Shown one piece after another: positions 51,745 to 64,000 of a stretch of DNA of 64,000 nucleotides. The notes under the pieces were generated by a model. The model worked only from the letters and a program-made list of their open reading frames with translations, was not told the DNA's origin and ran no database searches. Made by a program: the position numbers and the translations under genes. The DNA is from Glaucostegus cemiculus. Taxonomy: Eukaryota. The stretch spans positions 124,001 through 188,000 of the forward strand of contig CDPCPM010000125.1 in NCBI GenBank assembly GCA_976551045.1, in the 5' to 3' direction. Numbering within the stretch: position 1 is the first letter of the stretch; the number at the start of each line of letters is the position of its first letter.

Positions 51745-52194
51745 CATTTCGATTACTTGTTTTCTGATTTGTGGTCTCGGCAAAGAGAATGCTAGTGAGT
51801 TGTCGTTTCTGGAAGTAAAAGATGATGCGGCCGCGAGACAAAAGGAGAGGGTGAAATGGTCACTAGCGACTGAGGTTGCATTCGATTGGAAAGCAGGAGA
51901 AATCTCTGACTGGAATGGGAACCGAAAATTTGTGAGGACAGACAGTCAGTGTCGAGATGCAGATTTGACAAGAGCATGTTCCTTGACTGTGTTTGTTTGA
52001 ACGAAATAGTGATTGAGAAAGAGCCTGAGAGAGACTTCCATGGCAGGATGCTATACACTAGGGCTGCTCTGCTGTTGTCGCTCGACCACTCTTTTGCCAG
52101 AGGAACAGCTGGCAGGTGGATAGAAAGCCTGTTCTATGGTTGGCTGGATACAAATGAAAGCCATTCTTGATCTGCGTCCGTCGTAGCTGTCAAT

Positions 52195-52266
52195 TCCCTC
52201 GTGGTCGAGTGGTTAGGATTCGGCGCTCTCACCGCCGCAGCCCGGGTTCGATTCCCGGCCAGGGAA
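52195..52266 (+). tRNA. trnE: tRNA-Glu(CTC), variant (G6C, T13G, G45A)
   Basis: 72-nt match; B-box intact. Confidence 0.7.
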
Positions 52267-53255
52267 GTATGTTTTGTCAACTGGAACCAGTCAGAATCTG
52301 GAGAACAAGCAGCCACTGGACCAGCATCAGATTTGCTGACACAGGGCTTCTACTGGCGGAATGATCAATGTATCTTCCACTTGGTTGTCAAGCTCCGGGA
52401 CAGGCCAGCGAATATTAGAAGGGATACAAAGAGTTGACTTTTATCCACTTTGACCAAATTAAAACTCGCACCGATCTCAGCTGCGAATGAGGTGTGATGC
52501 CAAATAGTCTTCTCAAACGTAGAGATGCCACTGGACGTGCGGCTGCACAGCCGGCACAAATAGACTGCGTTGCTTTGTCCGGCTCGGCGGCATTTCTGGC
52601 AGGCCTGCCGGCCTGGTATCTCTGCTTGTTTTCTGCCACTACAGCTCGGGATATTTGAGACTGTCAGCCGATGGCGTCGACATCTGGTGAATGCTAATTG
52701 AAGAAATCTTGTCCGTTTAAGACAAGCAAAATTCATAAATTGAATGGTAGGAAATCTTGGGGAGAAGTTAGAAAGTATAGCAGAAGAATGGGTTTTGATT
52801 GTCGAAAGGTGACATAATCGGATACGGCCGTTCGAAATAAAACAGCGGAAAGGCCCTGTGCATAACATGAAAGAATGCATGGTGTTGTTTCAACGAGGCA
52901 TGTACAGACGGTATGGCAGCAATGATGAAGGCAGGGCAAATGTGCTGATTATCTTGACCAGAAGTTGTCTGAAAGGAAGATTTTCTCAGTTGATTGTCAA
53001 TGAATTTTTTTTGAGACGAACTTGGCGGCTGAGGATTCCAGCGAAGCATCTTTGACCCTTGTGTATGTTGTGAATGGAAGCTGCGTCGCCTGCAGCTTGA
53101 GTGAAAGTAAGAGAACAGTGTCCATTTGACTGGGGTGAATTTAGCTGCCTGTACGTCTGCTGGGACGTGATGAGAAAATCATTTTGAATGCTGGTTTTCA
53201 GATTTCTGATTTAGGCAAAGATAATGCTGATGAGCTGTGGTGATCTCAGTCAGAT

Positions 53256-53326
53256 TCCCTGGTGGTCTAGTGGTCAGGTTTCGGCGCTTTCACCGCCACG
53301 GCCCGGCTCGATTCCCGGTAAGGGAA
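53256..53326 (+). pseudogene. trnE: tRNA-Glu(TTC), degenerate
   Basis: B-box ggctcga, 1-nt deletion. Confidence 0.72.
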
Positions 53327-55004
53327 GTAAGTTTTGGAAGCTGCGACTTGTGAAAACTTTCGGAATCTTCATCTGCACCAAAATCCATTGATATATCAAT
53401 CATCGGCTCTTCTGGGTACAGTGAGCACGGTGTCCTTCACAGGATGAGAAGGGAATATTACAGGAATCAGGCTTCCCTGACTGTAAATCAGTGGCTGAAT
53501 TGTTAGAATTTACCCCAAGATGAATGAAGTCCCACCCAGTCCTATTCATCGCCCTCATCATTCCATCAGTCCGCTGCAGTCGCGATCCATTTGACAGTCC
53601 ATAAATAACAGAGTCAATCGAATGTGATTGCATCTTGGAAGAAAGGAGGTTCACACGTTGAAAGACTTGAGGGTTAGCAATTTAAGAATGAAGATTGTAA
53701 GAAGGCTGAGAAGATATCACAGTCATGATTAATCGAAGCTTAGGGGCGTGGGTTATACAGCCACAGTGACCTGAAATTATCAAACATTAGCTATGTGTAT
53801 GAGGCGTGAAAGGAATGCCTGTCCTTCTTTCGTTTCTGTCAGCAAAAATGCGATGCGGCGGTGATGCGTACGGTAAATCAGGATCTGCCCTGCGAATTCC
53901 TTCGGAAACCATCGGACTAAACCACGCAATCCTAAGGGACCAAATGGCATTGGTGTCCAGTGCAGCCAGTAGCGGGAAATGTAACGCCTTCACATGCTAT
54001 ATCTGGAACGGATCGGCGGCAGTTCTTGCAGGCGTGCCGGACTGGGACCCTGCTTGATGTGTGCCAGTTCATCTCCGGCAATTGGAGATTGTCCGCGGAG
54101 GGCGTCGACAGCTCTTGAAAATTCATTGAATAAATATCGTCTGTGCCTGTCAGTTAAAGACAACATGCAAAATTCATACATTGACTTGCAGGAAATCTCG
54201 GGAACAATCTAGAGAACAGGGGTGCCGGCCTGGGACCCTGCTTGTTTTGTGCCACTGCAGGTCGGGAAACTGGAGACTGTCAGCCGATGGCGTCGACATC
54301 TGGTGAATGCTCATTGAAGAAATCTTGTCAGGTTAAGACAAGCATAATTCAGAAATTGACTTGTAGGAAATCTCGAAAAGAATCTAGAGAGTGCAGCAGA
54401 AAAAAAGAGTTTTGATTGTCGAAAGGTGACATAATCGATACGGCAGTTTTGAAATAAAACAGCGGAAAGGGCCAGACCCGATCATGAATGAAATGCATGG
54501 CGTTGTTTCAGCTGCGCATGTACAGAAGGTATGGCAGCAATGAAGAAGGCAGGGCAAACGTATTGATGATCTTGACGTGAAAATATCTGAAAAGGAGGAT
54601 TGTCTCAGTTAATTGTCAATGACAGTTTTCTGATACGATATTGGCCACTGAGGATTCCAGCGAAGCAGCTTTGACCCTTGTGTGTGTTGAGAATCGAGAC
54701 GGCTTCGCTTGCAGCTGGATTGAAAAGATGAGATCAGTGTCCATTCGGCTGGGGTGAACTTAGCTGAATGTAAGTCAGCTGGGACGTGATGAGGATGTGA
54801 ATAGAGCATGTTCTTTGACTGTGTTTGGTTGAAGGAAATAGTAGTTGAGAAGCAGCCTGAGACAGATTTTCACGGCAGGATGCCTTGCACTCGGGCTGCT
54901 GTTGTCGCACGGAACTGCTGGGAGGTGGATGAAAAGCCTTTTCTATTGTTGGCTGGATATAAATGAAAGCCATTCTTGGTCTGCGTGCGTTGCATTTTTC
55001 AGCT

Positions 55005-55076
55005 TCCCTGGTGGTCTAGTGGTTAACATTCGGCGCTCTCACCGCCGCCGACCGGGTTCGATTCCCGTCCACAGAA
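55005..55076 (+). pseudogene. trnE: tRNA-Glu(CTC), degenerate
   Basis: D-stem and acceptor-stem disruption. Confidence 0.72.
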
Positions 55077-55408
55077 GTGTGTTTTGGCAACTGGAACGTG
55101 TCAGAATTTAGGTAGCAGGCAGCCACTGGACCAGCATCAGATTGCTTGTCAATGGTCGTCTCTTGAGAGGATATTGGCGACTTAGGATTCCAGCGAAGCA
55201 GCTTTGACCCATGTCTATGTTGCGAATGGAGGTTTCTTCGCTTGCAGTTTGAGTGAAAAGTTGAGATCAGTTTCGATTTGGCAGGGATGAATTCAGCTGC
55301 CTGTCCTTCTGCTGGAACGTGATGAAAAAAATCATTTTGAATGCTTGTTTTCTCATTTGTGAGCTAGGCAAAGAGAATATGGGTGAACTGTTGTGATTTC
55401 ATTCTGAT

Positions 55409-55479
55409 TCCCTGGTGGTCTCGTAGTTAGGATTCGGTGCTCTCACCGCCGCGCCCGGGATCGATTCCCGGACAGGGAA
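55409..55479 (+). pseudogene. trnE: TTC-slot tRNA-Glu pseudogene with CTC anticodon
   Basis: TTC-type flanks; gtctcgtag and gggatcga changes. Confidence 0.7.
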
Positions 55480-56349
55480 GTACGTTTAGAAGCTATGACG
55501 TGATAACTTTCGGCTACTTCATCTCCACCAGTAACAAGCGATATATCAATCAACCTCTCCTGGATACAGTGAGCACGGCATCCTCCAGCGACTGAGCAGG
55601 ATACCTTGCCGGAATCGGGCTTCCCTGATAGGAATCAGTGGTCATTTATATAATCTACCGCAAGATGAATAATGTCCTATGCCAATCGTATCCGTCGTCC
55701 TCATCTTTCAATCAGTCATCTGCAGTCGATACCCTTTCGACACTAGCTAAATAACAGAGTGAAGTGAAGACCATTGCATCTTGGAAGGAAACAGGTGCAC
55801 AGATATAAAGAGTTGAGGGCTAAATATTTCACGGTGAATACTGTCAGTTAGCAGATGATAATTAATGGATAACTAGTGGCGTGGGATCAACAGCTACGGT
55901 GAACTGAAATCATCAATCATCTGACATCTGTACATGACGTGAAAGGAATGCCTGTCCTGTTTTCGTTTTTGAAACAAAACGTTATGCGGCCGCAAAGAAA
56001 ATAAGAAAGAGTGAAATGTTCTCTAGTTAACGAGGTTGCATTCAATTGGAGAGCAGGGTAAATCGCGGACTAGAATGTGAATCGCAGATATTTGAGGCCA
56101 GCCAGTCAGTGTCGAGATGCAGACTTGAGAAAGCATGTAATTTGACTGTGTTTGCTTGAAAAAAATAGTGATTGAGAAAGAGCCTGAGACAGACTTTCAC
56201 GGCAGGACGCTTTGCACTCGGGCTGCTGTTGTCGCACGACCACTGTTTTGCCAGAGGAACTGCTGGGAGGTGGATCACAAGCCTTTTCTATGGTTGGCTG
56301 GATATAAATGAAAGCCATTCTTGATCTGCGTGCGTTGTAGTTTTCCGGA

Positions 56350-56421
56350 TCCCTGATCGTCTAGTGGTTAGGATTCGGCGCTCTCACCGCCGCGGCCCGG
56401 GTTCGATTCCCGGTCAGGGAA
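56350..56421 (+). tRNA. trnE: tRNA-Glu(CTC), near intact (G7A, G9C)
   Basis: Rest is consensus; TTTT terminator. Confidence 0.78.
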
Positions 56422-56752
56422 GTGTGTTTTGGCAACTGGAACCTTTCAGAATCTGGGGATCAAGCAGCCACTTGACCAGCATCAGATTGCTTGTCAATGG
56501 TCGTTACTTGAGACGATATTGGCGACTGAGGATTCTAGCGAAGCAGCTTTGACCTTTGTGTATGTTGAGAATGCAGGTTGCTTCGCTTGCAGCTTGAGTG
56601 AAAAGATTAGATCAGTTTCGATTTGGCTGGGGTGAATTCGGCTGCTTGTCTTTCTGCTGGAACGTGATGAAAAAATCATTTTGAATGCTTGTTTTCGGAT
56701 TTGTGAGCTAGGCAAAGAGAATGTGGGTGAGCTGTTGTGATTTCAGTCAGAT

Positions 56753-56824
56753 TCCCTGATGGTCTCGTAGATAGGATTCGGTGCTCCCACCGCCGCGGTC
56801 CGCGATCGATTCCCGGACAGTGAA
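56753..56824 (+). pseudogene. TTC-slot tRNA-Glu pseudogene; anticodon reads CCC
   Basis: Sister of 55409 with further decay. Confidence 0.7.
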
Positions 56825-57423
56825 GTATGTTTTGGAATCTGCGACAAGTGATAACTTTCGGCAACTTCATCTCTACCAATAACAAGCGTTATATCAATCA
56901 ACCTCGCCTCTGGATACAGTGAAAACAGCATCCTCCAGCGAGTGAGCAGGATACCTTCCAGGAACCGGGCTTACCTGACAGAAAATCAGTGGTCATTGGT
57001 AGAATCCACCCCGAGATGAATAATGTCCTATGCCACTCATATCCGTCCCCGTCATATTTCAATAAGTCATCTGCAGTCGCTACCCTTTCGACAGTCGCTA
57101 AATAACAGAGTAAAGGGAACGCGATTGCATCTTGGAAGGAAACAGGTGCACAGATATAAAGATTTGAGGGCTAGATGTTTCACGGTAAATATTGTCAGTT
57201 GGCAGATGGATAACTGGGGTCCACGGTTAACTCAAGATATCGTCATTGAGAAACAGCCTGCGTCGGATTGTCATGGCAGGATGCTTGGCCCTCGGGCTGC
57301 TGTTGTCGCACGACCACTATTTTGCCCGATGAACTGCTGGGAGGTGGATTGTAAGCTTTTTCTATGGTTGGCTGAATATAAATGAAAGCCATTCTTGGTC
57401 TGCTTGCGTTGTATATGTCAGGT

Positions 57424-57495
57424 TCCCTGTTGGTCTAGTGGTTAGGATTCGGCGCTCTCACCGCCGCGGCACGGGTTCGATACCCGGTCGGGGAA
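57424..57495 (+). tRNA. trnE: tRNA-Glu(CTC), four substitutions
   Basis: Anticodon arm intact; stem mismatches. Confidence 0.68.
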
Positions 57496-58888
57496 GTGTT
57501 TTGGCAACTGGAATAATTCAGGATCTAACTACCAGGAGCCACTGATCCACCGTCAGATTTGATGACACAGGGATTCTGCCAGCAGAATGATCAAGGTATC
57601 TTCTTCTTCGTGTGAAGCGCTCGGACGCGCCAGCAAGTAATAGAAGGCGCAAGTCAAGTTGATTTTCATCTACTTTAACAAATCAAAACAGGCAATGATT
57701 GCAGCTATGAATGAGGTGTGATGAAATCGAGTCGTCGCCAGCGTACAGATTCCACTGGAATTACGGCTGATCAACTGGCACATTTTGCCTGGGTTGTTTC
57801 GTCGGTTCACTCTGCAGGCTGTTTTCGACTCCTGAGCCGATATCTTGTAAAATAGAGCCTTTTCACTGTAAATGTCGCTGTCCCCGTAGAACTCCTTCCG
57901 CATCCGTCGGAGCAAACCGTGGAGTCCCAGGGGACCACAGGGAAATAATGCACACATAAGAGGAAAACGTAACGCCAAATCGTCGATTCTCTTTTGGCAT
58001 CTTCATCTCCACCACTCACCAGCAATATATCAATCAACCTCTCTTCTGGATACAGTGAGCACGGCATCCTCCAGCGAGTGAGCAGGATACCTTGCAGGAA
58101 TGGGTCTTCCTTGACAGGAAATCAGTGGTCATTGATAGAATCTACACCACGATGAATAATGTCCTATGGCACTCGTATCCGTCCCCGTCATATTTCAATC
58201 AGTCATCTGCAGTACGGCTCCGGAGTACTTCCTGCAGGCATACCGGTCTGGGTCCTGCTTGATTTCGGCCACTTCAGATTGGGCAATTGGAGATTGTCAG
58301 GTGATGGCGTGGACCATTGAATAAAGATCGTCTGTGCCCGCCAGTTTAAGAGAACAAGCAAAATTCATAAATTGAATTGTAGGACATCTCGAGGAGAATA
58401 CAGAATGTATAGCGCAAGAAGGATATTTGCTTATCGAAATGTATGATTCTGTGATACGGCTATTTGACTTGAACAGGAGAACGTGCCTGACATTTAGATG
58501 AAAGGAATGCATGGCGTTGTTTCAAGTTCGCATGTACAGAAGTTATCACAGCAATTAAGAAGGCAAAGTAAAAGTGCTGATGATCTTGACGTGAAGATAT
58601 GGGAAAAAGACTATTGCCTCGTTTGGTTTTGAATAGTAGTTGGTTGAGGCGATATTGGCGACTGAGGATTGCAGAGAAGCAGCTTTGGCCCTTGTGTATT
58701 TTGAGAATGGAGGTGTCTTCGCTTGCAGCTGGAGTGAAAAGATGAGATCAGTGCCCTTTTGTATAGAGTGAATTTAGCTGTCTGTACGTCTGCTGGGACG
58801 TGATGAGAAAATGTGTTTGGATACTACTTTACTGATTTGTTTTCTAGGCAAAGGGAATCTCCGTGAGCTGTGGTGATTTCAGTCATTA

Positions 58889-58960
58889 TCCCTGGTGGTC
58901 TAGTGGTTAGGATTCGGCGCTTTCACGGCCGCGGCCCGAGTTCGATTCCCTGTGAGGGAA
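58889..58960 (+). pseudogene. trnE: tRNA-Glu(TTC), degenerate
   Basis: Anticodon-, T- and acceptor-stem mismatches. Confidence 0.7.
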
Positions 58961-60090
58961 GTATGTTTTGAAAGCCTGAACGAGTGATAACTCTCGGCAA
59001 CTTCATATGCACCACAAACCAGCGATATATTAATCAACCTCTCTTCCGACAGGCTAGTGAATATTAGAAGGCATAAGTCGAGTTGAATATTACCGGCTTT
59101 GACAATTACGCACTCGCACCGATCTCAGTGATGACTGAGGTATGATGACAAATAATGGTGTGCAAGTGTAGAGATGCCACTGGAAGTACGGCTGCACAGC
59201 CGGCACAATTTGACTGAGTTGCTTTGCCAATCTGCAGTATGCTTCCGACTCCTGAGCTACGATCTTGTAAAAGTGAACCTTTTCCAGGTAAATCAGGCTG
59301 TGCTTGAGAATTCCTTCAGGAAACCTTTGGACTATACCACGCAATGGAAAAGGACCAAAGGGCAATGGTGTCCAGAGCACCCAATAGCGCGAAATGTAAC
59401 GTCTGCTCATGCTATATCGGGAAAGGCTCGGCGGTATTTCTTGCAGGCGTGCAGGCCTGTGCCTTGTTTGTTTTGTGCCCACTCGAGCAATTGGAGATTG
59501 TCAGCTGATTTTGTCGACATCTGGTGAATGTTCATTGAATAAACTTTTTCAGTTTAAGATACGCAAAATACCTAAATTGAATTGTAGGAAATCTCGGGGA
59601 GAAGATAGAAAGTATGCAGAAAAGAGATGTGTGATTGTCAAAAGGTGCATAAACCGATACGGCCGTTTGAAATAGAACAGCGGAAAAGGCCTGCACTTAA
59701 CACGAAAGAAGTGCATGGATTTGTTTCAACTGAGCATGTACAGAAGGTATAGCAGCAATGAAGAAGGCAGGCAAACGTGTTGACGATCTTGACGTGAAGA
59801 TGTCTGAAAAGGAAGATTGTCTCAGTTGATTGTCAATTATAGTTTATTGAGACGATATTGGCCACTGAGGTTTCCAGCGAATCAGCTTTGACCCTTGTGT
59901 ATGTGGAGAATGGAGGTGGCTTCTCTTGCAGTTGGAGTGAAAAGATGAGATCAGTGTCCATTTTGCTGTGGTGAATTTGGATGTCTGTACGTCTGTTGGG
60001 ACGTGATGAGAAATTAGTTTGATTGCTTGTTTTTTGATTTGTGAGCTAAGCAAAGAAAACGTTGGTGAACTGTGGTGATTTCATTCAGAT

Positions 60091-60155
60091 TCTCTGGTAG
60101 TCCAGTTGTTAGGATTCGGCGCTTTCACCGCCGCGGCACTGGTTCGATTCCCGAA
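60091..60155 (+). pseudogene. trnE: tRNA-Glu(TTC) pseudogene, 3' acceptor strand deleted
   Basis: ...ggttcgattcccgaag, then the TTC-type 3' flank. Confidence 0.7.
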
Positions 60156-61207
60156 GGACGTTTTGGAAGCTGTGACGTGACATCTTCCAGAGTCTTAATC
60201 ACCACAAAACAGTGATACATTAATCAACGTCTCTTCTGGATACACCCTCCACCGTCTGAGCTGGAATCGGGCTTCCCCGCCTCTAAATTGGGAGTAGAGA
60301 TGATGGAATGTCCTCAAAGATGGACCAGTTCTCATCCCACTCGTATCTGTCGTCTTTGGCTTTCAATCGGTCACCGGCAGTCGCTGAATAACTGAGTAAA
60401 TCTTTCGTGATTGCGACTTGGAAGGAAACAGGTGCAAAGTTAGAAAGACTTCAATGATAACAATTTGAAGGTGAAGATTTCAGAAAGCAGATAAAATGTC
60501 ATAATCATGATGATTGGATTCTTGGTGGAGTGGGGTAAACAGTCACGGTGAACTCAAATTGCCAATCATCAGAGATCTTTATATGACGAGAAAGGAATGC
60601 CCACCCTTCTTTCGTGTTTGGAAGCAAAAGGTGATGTGGGCACGAGAGTAAATGCAAGAATGATATGTTCTCTATCGGCGGAGGTTTCAGTTGATTGGAG
60701 AGTAGGATAAACATCTGACTGGAATGTGTATTGACGAATTTGGAGGTCAGACAGTCAGTGTCAAGATGAGGATTTGACAAAAGCATATTCTTTGACTGTT
60801 TTTGCTTGAAAGAAAGAGTGAATAAGGAACTGGCTGAGACAGATTTTCATGGAAAGATGCTTTGCACTCGGGCTGCTGTTCTCGCACGACCGTTAATTTG
60901 CCTGAGGAACTGCTGGGAGGTGGACAGAAGAGCTTTCTATGGCTGGCTGGATATCAATGAAAGCCATTCTTGGTCTGCATGCGTTGTATATGTCAGGTTC
61001 CGTGACTGTATTTGGTTGAAGGAAAGCATGAATGAGGAAGAGCCTGAGACACATTTTCATGGGAGGATGCTTTGCACTCGGGCTGCTGTCCTCGCACGAC
61101 AATTCCTTGCGCGAGGAACTGCTGTGACGTGGACAGCAAGCCGTCTCAATGGTTTCATGGATATAAACAGAAGGCATTGTAGGTCTGCGTGCGTTTCCAT
61201 ATCGGTT

Positions 61208-61279
61208 TCCCTGGTGGTCTAGTGGTTAGGATTCGGCGCTCTCACCGCCGCGGCCCGGGTTCGATTCCCGGCCAGGGAA
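61208..61279 (+). tRNA. trnE: tRNA-Glu(CTC), intact body
   Basis: Perfect consensus; terminator reduced to TTT. Confidence 0.92.
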
Positions 61280-62159
61280 GTGTGTTTCGGCAACTGGTAC
61301 CAGTCAGAATATAACTACCAGGAGCCACTGGTCTACTGTCAGATTTGATGACACAGGGCTTCTGTGGCCAGTATGCTCAAGGTATCTTGCTCTTCGTTGT
61401 GAAGCGCCCGTTTGGCAAGCAAGTATTAGAAGGGAAAAATCCAGTTTATTTCTTCCACTTTGACAAACAAATACGGGCAACGATTGCAGATATGAATGTG
61501 GTGTGATGCCAACGAGTCGTCGCAAGCGTAGAGATTACACTGGAAGAACGGGTGATCAGTTGGCACATTTTGCCTGAGTTGTTTTGTCGGGGCACACTGC
61601 AGGTTGTGTCCGACTCCTGAGCCGATACCTTGTAAGAGAGAGCCTTTTCACTGTAAATGACGCTGTCGCCTTAGAATGCATAACTGGTGGCGTGGATAAA
61701 CTGCCACGGTGAACTCAAATCATCAAACATCAGACATTTCTACATGACGTGAAAGGAATGGCTGAATTTTTTTTTCCATTTTGGAATCAAAACGTGATGC
61801 GGCCGCAAAGAAAATAAGAAAGAGTGAAATATTCTCCAGTTAAGGAGGTTGCATTCAATTGGAGAGCAGGATAACTCACAGACTGGAATGTGAGTCGAAG
61901 ATGTTTGACGCTAGCCAGTCAGTGTCGGGATGCAAATTTGAGAAAAGCATGTACCTTGATTGTGTTTGCTTGAAATTGTGACTGAGAAACAGCCTGAGAC
62001 AGATTTTCACGGCAGGATGCTTTGTATTCAGGCTGCTGTTGTCGCACGACTACTATTTTGCCCGAGGAACTCCTGTGAGGTTGAATGAAAGCTTTTTCTA
62101 TGGTTGGCTGGATATAAATGAAAGCCATTGTTGGTCTGCTTGCGTTGTATATGTCAGGT

Positions 62160-62231
62160 TTCCTAGTGGTCTAGTGGTTAGGATTCTGCGCTCTCACCTC
62201 CGCGGCCCGGGTTCGTTTCCCGGCCAGGGAA
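62160..62231 (+). pseudogene. trnE: tRNA-Glu(CTC), degenerate
   Basis: Anticodon-stem mismatches, B-box ttcgTtt. Confidence 0.7.
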
Positions 62232-63410
62232 GAGTATTTTGGCAACTGGAACCAGGCAGAATCTATCTGCCAGGAGTTACTGGTCAACCGTCAGATTTGA
62301 TGACGCAGGGATTCTGGCAGCAGAATGATCAAGGTATGTTCCTCTTCGTTGTGAAAAGCTCGGACGCACTAGCAAGTAACAGAAGGCGCAAGTTCAGTTG
62401 ATTTTCATCCACTTTGACAAATAAAAATAGGCAATGATTGCAGCTATGAATGCGGTATGATGCCAATGTGTCGTCGCCAGCGTAGAGTTTCCACGGGAAG
62501 TACGGCTGATCAGGTGGCACATTTTGCCTGGGTTGTTTTGTCGGGACACACTGCAGGATGTTTCCAACTCCTGAGTCGATATCTTAAAAGAGAGAGCCTT
62601 TTCACTGTAAATGACGCTGTTCCCTTAGAATTCCTTCCGTATCCATCGGAGGAAACCACGGAGTCCAAAGAGACCACAGGGCAATAATGCACACAGCACC
62701 CATAAGCAGCAAACTTAAGGCCAACTTTTCGATGTCCTCGAACGTTTCCGTGGCACTTTCTGTAGGCATGCCAGTCTGGGTCATGCTTGATTTGGGCCTC
62801 TTCAGTTCGGGGCTATTGGAAATTGTCAGATGCTGGCGTACATCATGGAATAAATATCGTCTGTGCCCGGAAGGTTATGACAACAAGCAAAAATCATAAA
62901 TTGTTGGACATCTCGGGGAGAAGATGAAAGTATAGCTGAAGAAGGATATTTGAATGCGGAAAATTATCATAATGTGATAAGGCTACTTGAAATAGAACAG
63001 GAGAACGTGACTGAAATTTGGATGAAAGGAATACACGGCGTTGTTTCAACTGCGCATGTACAGAAGTTATCAGAGCAATGAAGAAGGCAAAGTAAACGTG
63101 CTGATGATCTTGACGTGAAGATCTGGGAAAAGGACTATTGCCTCAGTTGATTGTCAATAGTAGATGGTTGAGACGATATTGGCGACTGAGGATTCCAGCG
63201 AAGCAGCTTTGACCGTTGTGTATTTTGAGAATGGCGATGTATTCGCTTGCAGCTGCAGTGAAAAGATAAGATCAGTGTCCTTTTGTATATAGTGAATTTA
63301 GCAGCTTTTACTTCTGCTGGGATGGAAGAGAGATTGAGCTTGAGTATTAGGTTTCTGATTTGTTTGTTCGGCAAGTCAATTTCCGTGAGCTGTGGTGATT
63401 TCAGCCAGAA

Positions 63411-63482
63411 TCCCTGGTGGTCCAGTGGTTGGGATTCGACGTTTTCACCGCTGCGGCCCGGGTTCGATTCCCGGTCAGAGAA
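63411..63482 (+). pseudogene. trnE: tRNA-Glu(TTC), degenerate
   Basis: Multiple substitutions in the anticodon arm and acceptor stem. Confidence 0.7.
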
Positions 63483-64000
63483 GTACGTTTTGGAAGCTGT
63501 GACGTCATAACTTTCGGAATCTTCATCTGCGCCACAAACCAGCGATATATCCATCAACCTCTCTTCAGGATACAATGAGCACGGCATCCTCCACCGAGTG
63601 AGCAGGCTACATTGCAGGAATCGGGCTTTCGTGACTGTAAATCAGTGTCTCAGTTTATAGAATTTACCCCAAGATGAATAAGGTCCTATGCCACTTGTCT
63701 CCGTCGCCCTCATCTTTAATCAGCTGCAGTTGTGACACATGAGACTGTCGCTAAACAACAGAGACAATCGAAGGCGATTGCATCTTTGAAGGAAACAGTT
63801 GCACAGATTGAAAGACAGGACGGTTAAGAATTTGAAGATGAAGATTGTAAGAAGGCAGAGAAGATATCACAATTATGATGAATGGATGCCTGGGGAAGTG
63901 GGATAAACAGCCACGCTGAACTCAAATCATCAATCATCAGATATGTGTATGTGGCGTGAAAAGAATGACTGTTCGTCTTTCGCTTTTGTCAGTAAAATGT

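Larger units (their letters stand above)
1..64000 (+). repeat. Tandem tRNA-Glu gene array (TTC-type/CTC-type dimer, ~2.2 kb), interrupted at ~308-11341 and ~16812-28210
   Basis: 38 full or partial matches to TCCCTGGTGGTCTAGTGGTTAGGATTCGGCGCT(C/T)TCACCGCCGCGGCCCGGGTTCGATTCCCGG(T/C)CAGGGAA, with two recurring spacers (~0.9 kb after TTC, ~1.2 kb after CTC). Confidence 0.95.

Noticed and set aside
28211-64000. CRISPR-like repeat-spacer array or dispersed tRNA-derived SINE family
   Set aside because: The repeats are whole tRNA genes, the spacers are mutually homologous and ~1 kb, the units lack tails or TSDs, and the context is eukaryotic with no cas genes

Overview
Vertebrate nuclear DNA, most likely a cartilaginous fish (inferred from the CR1/Rex1/L1 repeat mix and the elasmobranch-type GPR139/142-like receptors). 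The window is mostly a tandem tRNA-Glu array. I count 38 full or partial copies, 20 in a 'TTC' flank type and 18 in a 'CTC' flank type, with a basic dimer of about 2.2 kb. Most copies are decayed. Higher-order variants occur (about 3.6 kb, about 1.35 kb, and a young, nearly identical 4 x 2194-bp block at 37166-45941). The array is interrupted by two copies of an approximately 11-kb non-tRNA cassette about 16 kb apart. Both start at the same nucleotide (nt 46) of a broken tRNA-Glu(CTC). Each carries a two-exon GPR139/GPR142-like class A GPCR: copy 1 is frameshifted and copy 2 has a stop just after TM7. A third, more divergent GPCR pseudogene lies on the minus strand. Also present are a 1-kb inversion with a 69-bp inverted breakpoint duplication, several LINE/SINE insertions in the spacers and two assembly gaps. 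Almost all ORFs in the supplied track are spurious. No clearly new protein system is visible. The most interesting signal is the architecture: GPCR cassettes embedded in, and apparently copied with, a tRNA array.
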